A stretch of 20,000 bases of DNA from an uncultured virus (IMG/VR IMGVR_UViG_3300008113_000017) (Duplodnaviria; Heunggongvirae; Uroviricota; Caudoviricetes). The position numbers were made by a program, and so were the translations under genes. The notes under the pieces were generated by a model. The model was not told the origin of the DNA. It saw only the letters and a list, made by a program, of their open reading frames with translations, and did not search any database. Below, piece after piece: positions 14,505 through 20,000 of the stretch (the stretch's first letter is position 1; each line of letters opens with the position of its first letter). The stretch lies in the IMG/VR virus record IMGVR_UViG_3300008113_000017, one strand, 5' to 3'.

Positions 14505-16061
14505 ATGACTGGAAACTTAGTACCCGAAGAGCAGGACCTGGCTGCCGCCCTGGTTGAGATTGCTAACAAATATGGCAAGTTCAACGAGGATGAAACAGGT
14601 ATCTGGGCTGATTATCACGGCCCTGAGGATAACCCCTACGCTCCAATGGGTGTCAAGTGTGGCAACTGCGTCTTATACAAAGGTGGCACGGAGTGTGCGA
14701 TCATTGCGTTCGAAGTCCATCCGGAAGGATACTGCAGGTTTGCGGTTCTTCCTGATGGCGCAGTTGACCCGTCAAAAGCTCCAGCTGGTGTAGACACTGA
14801 CGTCTCTACCAACGAATACTTCTCTAAACCACCTAGTCAACTAGATGACTACATCAAGACAATTACGTCTTTAAACGACCCAGATACGGTTCAAGATCTT
14901 TACATAAGCAACCTGATTCCAACTCAACGTACCGTCAACTTAAAACGAGCTAAAGAAGTAGCAATGTCCAACAAACCAATTAAGGTCTGGGCGTCACCTG
15001 CTGGCATGAAGATCGTTGACGGCCACCACAGAGCAGTATCAAATATGCTTCGTGGAAACAAGCAGATTTCAGCTGAGGTTTACTACCCATCAGATTCTCC
15101 TGTTAGAGCATCATTAGTTTCAATCAAACCAGAAGACCTGGAACTTGCTAATGATGGCCCTTGCTGGGAAGGTTACAAGCAAGTTGGTATGAAAGAAAAA
15201 GATGGCAAGATGGTACCAAACTGCGTACCAGCAGACGAAGCAGCCGCCCTACTTTCAACAGCCGGGTCTAAACCAGCCCCTAAGAAAGATCAGATTAAAG
15301 GTTCTGACAAAAACAAGAAGGGCTCAGCTGCCACAGGAAAAGGCGTAGAGTTTACTGACTCAATTATCAAAGCCCTAGAAAAGAAAGTTTCTGACCACAA
15401 CGAGAAAGCTCCAAACGGTCGTAAAGTCACCCTAGGAAAACTTAAGGCTGTTTATCGTCGCGGAGCTGGTGCTTTCTCTTCTTCCCACCGACCAGACCAG
15501 AACCGAAACTCATGGGCCATGGCTCGCGTCAACGCATTCTTGAAACTTGTAAAGTCCGGTAAACCTAACAACCCTAAGTACACCACTGACAACGATCTAC
15601 TTCCAAAGATGCACCCAAGACATTCTGAAGCTGCAACTTTGAATCCACTACTTGCTTCTCTTGTAGCTGCGTTAAATGATGACTCATGTCCACCAGCAAC
15701 TCAGGATATCGCGATCAATCTACAGAACCGCGAGAAAGCAATTGAAACAGCCGGTTATGGCCCACTCAACCCTAAAGAACCTAACGAAGAGTTCTGGGCC
15801 GAGAAAGCAAAACGTTGGTCTGTAGATGTTACAGAAGCAAAAAAGAGTGTGTGCGGAAACTGCGTAATGTTTATTCGTACACCAGAGATGTTGGACTGTA
15901 TCGAAGGCGGAATTTCTGCTGGCGATTCTGGTCAGCAAAACGCATGGGATGCTATTGACACAGCAGAACTAGGTTATTGCGAAGCATTTGATTTCAAATG
16001 TGCCGCTTCTAGAACCTGTTCTGCGTGGGTTGTTGGCGGACCTATCACAGAAGAAAAATAA
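14505..16061 (+). CDS. Mosaic multidomain phage protein (HiPIP-like Cys domain, ParB/Srx-like domain, CW..PNCV module, DUF5824-like domain, second Cys domain)
   Basis: CGNCVLY...C...PEGYC; IVDGHHRA; PCWEGYKQVGMKEKDGKMVPNCVP; LKAVYRRGAGAFSSSHRP...WAMARVNAF; CGNCVMF...GYC...C....TCSAW; leaderless TAAAAT-6nt-ATG. Confidence 0.72.
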   Translation: MTGNLVPEEQDLAAALVEIANKYGKFNEDETGIWADYHGPEDNPYAPMGVKCGNCVLYKGGTECAIIAFEVHPEGYCRFAVLPDGAVDPSKAPAGVDTDVSTNEYFSKPPSQLDDYIKTITSLNDPDTVQDLYISNLIPTQRTVNLKRAKEVAMSNKPIKVWASPAGMKIVDGHHRAVSNMLRGNKQISAEVYYPSDSPVRASLVSIKPEDLELANDGPCWEGYKQVGMKEKDGKMVPNCVPADEAAALLSTAGSKPAPKKDQIKGSDKNKKGSAATGKGVEFTDSIIKALEKKVSDHNEKAPNGRKVTLGKLKAVYRRGAGAFSSSHRPDQNRNSWAMARVNAFLKLVKSGKPNNPKYTTDNDLLPKMHPRHSEAATLNPLLASLVAALNDDSCPPATQDIAINLQNREKAIETAGYGPLNPKEPNEEFWAEKAKRWSVDVTEAKKSVCGNCVMFIRTPEMLDCIEGGISAGDSGQQNAWDAIDTAELGYCEAFDFKCAASRTCSAWVVGGPITEEK

Positions 16062-16082
16062 CTAACTAATTAAGGAAAATAA

Positions 16083-16574
16083 ATGCCTGAAGCAATTTAT
16101 GTAGAGCCTTTTCCAAAGGCAAAGCGTGGAGACGAGTTTAAGAACTTTGCCTCCTACAGAACCAACCCACACCGTGGCGTTGACTGGTCAGTCCCTGGTG
16201 GTAGCAAGATCAAAGCTATTACTGGTGGAACCGTTATGGAAGTTGGCGAGACTAAGGTTTTAGGTAACTACCTAATTCAGTCTACTTACGACGGCCATTT
16301 CATCTTGTACGCACACTTCCAGGTTCCATCAACCCTAAAGCAGGGCGACAAGGTTGAAGCTGGTAAGACCATCGTTGGTCTTGTTGGAACAACCGGAACC
16401 GCAAGTACCGGAAATCACCTCCACGTTACCTATGGTGTTAAGAAGAACCTTATCACTGCAGGTCTGGAAGATCTCCGCGACTTGTTTGCAGTACTTGATG
16501 GAGCACCTAAGAAAGGTGTTGTTGCTAAAGCAGCAGCAGTTGTCAAGAAAGTTGTGCCAACCAAAAAGGCATAA
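16083..16574 (+). CDS. M23 family peptidoglycan endopeptidase (lysin)
   Basis: HRGVD (HxxxD), LYAH, GLVGTTGTASTGNHLH (HxH); RBS AAGGA; basic tail. Confidence 0.92.
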   Translation: MPEAIYVEPFPKAKRGDEFKNFASYRTNPHRGVDWSVPGGSKIKAITGGTVMEVGETKVLGNYLIQSTYDGHFILYAHFQVPSTLKQGDKVEAGKTIVGLVGTTGTASTGNHLHVTYGVKKNLITAGLEDLRDLFAVLDGAPKKGVVAKAAAVVKKVVPTKKA

Positions 16575-16654
16575 AGAATTATTGGCTATAAAAGCGCATA
16601 TAAATAAACCATATAAGTAATAATTGCTAGGCGCAAAATAAGATCAGCCAATAT

Positions 16655-16696
16655 AAAGAATCCCCCCGCATTTAATGTCAGGGGGGATATCTTTTT
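16655..16696. terminator. Bidirectional intrinsic terminator between convergent blocks
   Basis: ATCCCCCC...GGGGGGAT stem, T-run on the + side, TCTTT on the - side. Confidence 0.72.
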
Positions 16697-16702
16697 AAAG
16701 GG

Positions 16703-16801
16703 GAGACCCCCCGGTAAAACACCACAAACCGGGGGGCCTCGGGACAAGCTTGTTGTCCTTTAAGGTACCGAGTCGAAAGGAATAAAGCCCTCGATACACT
16801 T
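16703..16801 (-). ncRNA. Candidate structured 3' UTR or small RNA (three tandem hairpins)
   Basis: Hairpins 16762-16801, 16742-16758 and 16703-16740; G-U pairs favour the minus strand. Confidence 0.35.
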
Positions 16802-16806
16802 AAATT

Positions 16807-17145
16807 CTACAACGAATTTCTAGCATCGTTTAGAAAAGGATCGATGTCTTGTAAAAGACCTGGAAGGGGTTTAGCTCCTACAATAGTCTTTACCACTTCA
16901 CCATTGACGTATACCAATATAGTAGGGATAGAAAAAACATTAAAACGGCTAACCAAATTGGGTTGATCATCTGCATTCACCTTTACAACACTAAGAACGT
17001 CTACGTTCTCTTCTGCTAACTTTTCTAAAACGGGAAGCATCATCTTGCATGGGCCACACCAAGCTGCCCAGAAATCCACAAGAACAATGCCAGCACTGCC
17101 TACGACTGAGTCGTAGTCTTCAACGGTTAATTCTCTCAAAGCCAT
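16807..17145 (-). CDS. trxA: Thioredoxin
   Basis: VLVDFWAAWCGPCKM, VKVNAD, FNVFSIPT, IVGAKP. Confidence 0.95.
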   Translation of the reverse strand: MALRELTVEDYDSVVGSAGIVLVDFWAAWCGPCKMMLPVLEKLAEENVDVLSVVKVNADDQPNLVSRFNVFSIPTILVYVNGEVVKTIVGAKPLPGLLQDIDPFLNDARNSL

Positions 17146-17327
17146 TATCGATCCTTAGTTTGACTACCAGCAGTCAAGCTCATCATAAGCAAAGATAGTA
17201 CAACAACAAACGGTTGTAAAATCCACCAGTTAACCCCAGTTCCAAAAGAAATAATTGTTGCAATGATCTGGTGATACACAAACCAGAACGTTAGAGAAAC
17301 AAAAGCGTTTCTATTTACTTTAGCCAT
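17145..17327 (-). CDS. Small 2-TM membrane protein (60 aa)
   Basis: Hydrophobic; TAATG coupling to thioredoxin. Confidence 0.65.
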   Translation of the reverse strand: MAKVNRNAFVSLTFWFVYHQIIATIISFGTGVNWWILQPFVVVLSLLMMSLTAGSQTKDR

Positions 17328-17470
17328 TTACATACACTTTCCGAGTGGGTCCCACTCATATTTTGATATTTGATAGTTTCGCACTTGTAGTGACCAGAGA
17401 CATAGATGTAGACAATTAAACCAGTCAATAGTCCTAAAGATATAAGTAGAAGCTTTAGATCTTTATTCAT
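17315..17470 (-). CDS. Small membrane-anchored protein (51 aa), below ORF-track cutoff
   Basis: MNKDLKLLLISLGLLTGLIVYIYVSGHYKCETIKYQNMSGTHSESMCKWLK; overlaps both neighbours by a few bases. Confidence 0.62.
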   Translation of the reverse strand: MNKDLKLLLISLGLLTGLIVYIYVSGHYKCETIKYQNMSGTHSESVCKWLK

Positions 17471-17651
17471 TTACGCCCTCACAATTTAAAATAGCTTCTT
17501 GTTCGGTTGTGTAGTTGTCCCAACAGTTATCTTTTTTCTGATCTTCTTTTAGCATCAGAAATCCATAGAAGCAGGTGATCATAAATACAACTGCTGCAAT
17601 TACAATTCCAACTACGTGAGATCTTTTAATGTGTATTATCTTGTCAGTCAT
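17463..17651 (-). CDS. Small membrane-anchored protein with Cys pair
   Basis: Start MTDK chosen from RBS AGGAG; TM helix then NCWDNYTTEQEAILNCEG. Confidence 0.68.
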   Translation of the reverse strand: MTDKIIHIKRSHVVGIVIAAVVFMITCFYGFLMLKEDQKKDNCWDNYTTEQEAILNCEGVNE

Positions 17652-17696
17652 CGTCTTTCTCCTCATAAATATATAGGTTATCGTCTCCGTCTATAA

Positions 17697-17725
17697 AGTC
17701 TATTGACTTGCAATCTTTTTGTCAA
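17697..17725 (-). promoter_or_regulatory. SigA-type promoter
   Basis: TTGACA-17-TAGACT; overlapped by the inverted repeat ATTGAC...GTCAAT (17702-17726). Confidence 0.7.
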
Positions 17726-17726
17726 T

Positions 17727-18431
17727 TTATTTCTCTCGAAGTTCTGAAAAATCCTTAAGGACGTCGGCGTCAGCCAGTGCCCTATTGATCCAAACCTGGT
17801 CTTGGATTCCAGGGCCCCACTCGTAAGACAAGTCTACTAGGACAAAGCCCAATTTACGCATAAGTTTAGCAACTTCGACATTACCTTTATGTTCAGTATG
17901 CGTAGCAGCTTTTTCAGTCTCTAAATGAAATATCTTTACGTTTTTGACCTGCAGCCCAAACCCAATAACACACTGGTACGTAAACCCTTCAATATCCACC
18001 TTAACGACGTCGATCAACTTGTCCAATAGATTGAAGTTCTCTAACACAGCGTCCATTCTCTCAATAGGGACGTCGATGATAGTGTATTTGTCCTCAAAGA
18101 TCTGCTCTCGTATAATCTTGTCAGCAAAGATCGAAGAGCAGCCGTCAAGGTTTTTATCTCCACTATTTACTTGGTAGAACCTAACTAGCTTTCCAGACGT
18201 ATCTGAAATGGCAGAATGAAGAACTCTAAAAGAGGGATACTTCTCAGCAGTCTTCTCAACTGCTATGGGATTAGCGTCTATAGCTAGAACCTTCTCCGCG
18301 GACAACTTTTCACGGAGAAACTCAGCGTCATCGCCATCCCTGGTTCCAATGTCAATAACAACTTTGGCGTCTTTATCTCCAAAGAACTTTCTATAGTTAT
18401 CAACTACCGGCTGAAGCCATACATTTTCCAT
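17727..18431 (-). CDS. FkbM-family SAM-dependent methyltransferase
   Basis: VVIDIGTRDG, AIDANP, HSAISD, IERMD, IDVVKVDIEG, HLETE. Confidence 0.85.
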   Translation of the reverse strand: MENVWLQPVVDNYRKFFGDKDAKVVIDIGTRDGDDAEFLREKLSAEKVLAIDANPIAVEKTAEKYPSFRVLHSAISDTSGKLVRFYQVNSGDKNLDGCSSIFADKIIREQIFEDKYTIIDVPIERMDAVLENFNLLDKLIDVVKVDIEGFTYQCVIGFGLQVKNVKIFHLETEKAATHTEHKGNVEVAKLMRKLGFVLVDLSYEWGPGIQDQVWINRALADADVLKDFSELREK

Positions 18432-19105
18432 TATCTGCGGTTTTCCTTTACATGCTCAATCATCTGCTCTTTAGATAAGTTCAGCTCTTTATAGCCCTTA
18501 AACCTATCAGCGTTGTCATCTAGGTTAGTCTTATCCCGATCCTCGTGGAATAGAGAAGCAGCCACTCCATAAGATCTGTGGAAGTCAACCCCAAAAATAG
18601 CTTTGTGAGCCTCCTGCAAAGCCATGTCCTCAAACCCCCATCCTACAAATCGTTCGTCCCACCCGTTTAGGATCCCGAACGTCGACGAGCTCATAATAAA
18701 GATTCCGCCAACTTGGTTAGGCATAACCCTAGCTTTTTGCCTAATTGAGTGAATTGTCTCCCTACCAGCTATAAGTTCATCAGAATTAATCTGGCTTAGA
18801 AACATAATATCCGTGTAGGGAATACTTACAACCTGGGTAGAGGCAGCCTTCTCAATTGACTTATTCAAAGGATATCGCTCAAGAAAGATATCAGCATCAG
18901 AAATAACAAGGACGTCGCAGCCATCAGCTATGGCGTCTAGGCATCCTTTGTTCCTAGCACCCGAGACATTAAAGATCTCATCTTCTGTGTCTCCAAAGTA
19001 GACAGGGACTCCAGGCAGCAGCTCAGAGTATTTGGCTAACGTCGCTTCACAGGCGTATAAGCGACTAGGCTGGGGTCTCCAAGGGATTACTAATCCAACG
19101 TTCAT
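18431..19105 (-). CDS. Glycosyltransferase (GT2/GT7-like)
   Basis: VIPWR, FNVSGARNKG, SDADI (DxD), GGIF, NGWDERFVGWGFED; leaderless TATAGT-6nt-ATG. Confidence 0.87.
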   Translation of the reverse strand: MNVGLVIPWRPQPSRLYACEATLAKYSELLPGVPVYFGDTEDEIFNVSGARNKGCLDAIADGCDVLVISDADIFLERYPLNKSIEKAASTQVVSIPYTDIMFLSQINSDELIAGRETIHSIRQKARVMPNQVGGIFIMSSSTFGILNGWDERFVGWGFEDMALQEAHKAIFGVDFHRSYGVAASLFHEDRDKTNLDDNADRFKGYKELNLSKEQMIEHVKENRR

Positions 19106-19215
19106 ATATCAACTATAACCCATCAAATAGCCAGTTATATAATAATGTATCACTTTTGTACAGACCTATTTTTTAGCCCTGTATAAACTTAATCCTAAGT
19201 TTATACGCAAAAACT

Positions 19216-19779
19216 TCAGGAATTGCTTAGGGACCTAAAGGCTCCCCACAGATCTTCAATAGTTCCGTTATTGTGCACTACAGCATCAAACTCGTAATCA
19301 GCCAGGTCATGCTCAGAAGAATGGTTATTAGCTGGAGCTACTCCATCTCGTACAACCTTAAAGATGACTCCACCAAGCTTTCTAATCGACTCAGCTTCAT
19401 TCTTGTACCTGACATCGGAGAATACAATCTTCTCTCCAGGAAGAATTGAAGACAGGGCTAGTTTTACCCAGAAGTCTTGATCAAACATCTGACGACCAAC
19501 TTCTGTTCCAAATCTCTGCAGAAGCTCCCGTACTTCAGGACTCTCCCGTTTAAGATCTTCCCAGCCCATAAGTCTGACAGCACTAGATAGCCTCATGTGA
19601 CCGGTCATCATTGGGATAAGTGGGTCAAGTCTAAGAAGAGCCTCCCTCATTGGATCAGCAAATGAGACCCTTCTATAGCCATGCTCTCTAACTAAATAAT
19701 CAGCAATAGTGTCTTTGCCAGACTTTGCCCATCCAGCTAGACCGATTAAGTTATTAGTTGTCACTCTTATGTACGACAA
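19216..19779 (-). CDS. Deoxynucleoside monophosphate kinase (T4 gp1-like)
   Basis: IGLAGWAKSGKDT P-loop, SFADPMR, RELLQRFGTEVGR, SDVRYKNE, HSSE. True start may be GTG 19764. Confidence 0.92.
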   Translation of the reverse strand: MSYIRVTTNNLIGLAGWAKSGKDTIADYLVREHGYRRVSFADPMREALLRLDPLIPMMTGHMRLSSAVRLMGWEDLKRESPEVRELLQRFGTEVGRQMFDQDFWVKLALSSILPGEKIVFSDVRYKNEAESIRKLGGVIFKVVRDGVAPANNHSSEHDLADYEFDAVVHNNGTIEDLWGAFRSLSNS

Positions 19780-19999
19780 TGTCTAAGCCGTTGTCTGGGT
19801 GGTATGACCATGAAATGTCAATTCCGTCAAAAGTTGCACTCTGGCGACCCATCAACGAGTTTGTAGTTTCCATGTTTGAGATCACGTACTCAGGAGTCTT
19901 GATTGCGTCTAGGACACAAACGGTGTCGTAGAGGTCTGCTCCAGAGTAGTCATCTTCTCCATAGCCATCAATGGTGATGGATTTTCCTTCATCGGATAC
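19754..19999 (-). CDS. Partial hypothetical protein (5' end outside the window), possibly extracytoplasmic
   Basis: Open frame ...VSDEGKSITIDG...METTNSLMGRQSATFDGIDISWSYHPDNGLDIVVHKSDN*. Confidence 0.7.
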   Translation of the reverse strand, partial: VSDEGKSITIDGYGEDDYSGADLYDTVCVLDAIKTPEYVISNMETTNSLMGRQSATFDGIDISWSYHPDNGLDIVVHKSDN

Positions 20000-20000
20000 T

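Noticed and set aside
11374..16620. ORFs 11374..11703, 11845..12030, 12536..12718, 13431..13841, 13859..14080, 14056..14421, 14554..14793, 15720..15938 and 16354..16620
   Set aside because: They overlap well-supported plus-strand genes and show no motifs or translation signals.

Overview
This window looks like part of a large tailed dsDNA phage genome with a probable actinobacterial host. The host inference rests on dense small ORFs, many leaderless TANNNT-6nt-ATG starts and GAAAGG/AGGAG ribosome-binding sites. Left to right: (1) a minus-strand module (1-3.5 kb) with a HExxH + vWA protein missed by the ORF track, a MoxR/CobS-like AAA+ ATPase and a hypothetical gene; (2) small acidic or Cys-rich genes, a CHAP-like/PG-binding lysin with an apparent catalytic Cys->Ser, and a Zn-finger terminase-small-subunit-like gene; (3) HTH, histone-H1-like, glycosyltransferase and Zn-binding genes; (4) an AT-rich divergence region with a 29-bp inverted repeat and phased CATG repeats; (5) a plus-strand operon with an 828-aa exported coiled-coil protein carrying two lectin-like domains, followed by three small membrane proteins, a 518-aa mosaic protein and an M23 peptidase; (6) minus-strand thioredoxin, small membrane proteins, FkbM methyltransferase, glycosyltransferase and dNMP kinase. 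The most unusual signals are the candidate lectin surface-display operon and a sharp compositional boundary at about 3.59 kb. Left of it several 4-bp palindromes are absent; right of it the DNA is loaded with palindromes and oriented motifs (CGTTAAAAGT x7, CTCGCCG x11). All family calls come from motif recognition by eye, and counts are manual.
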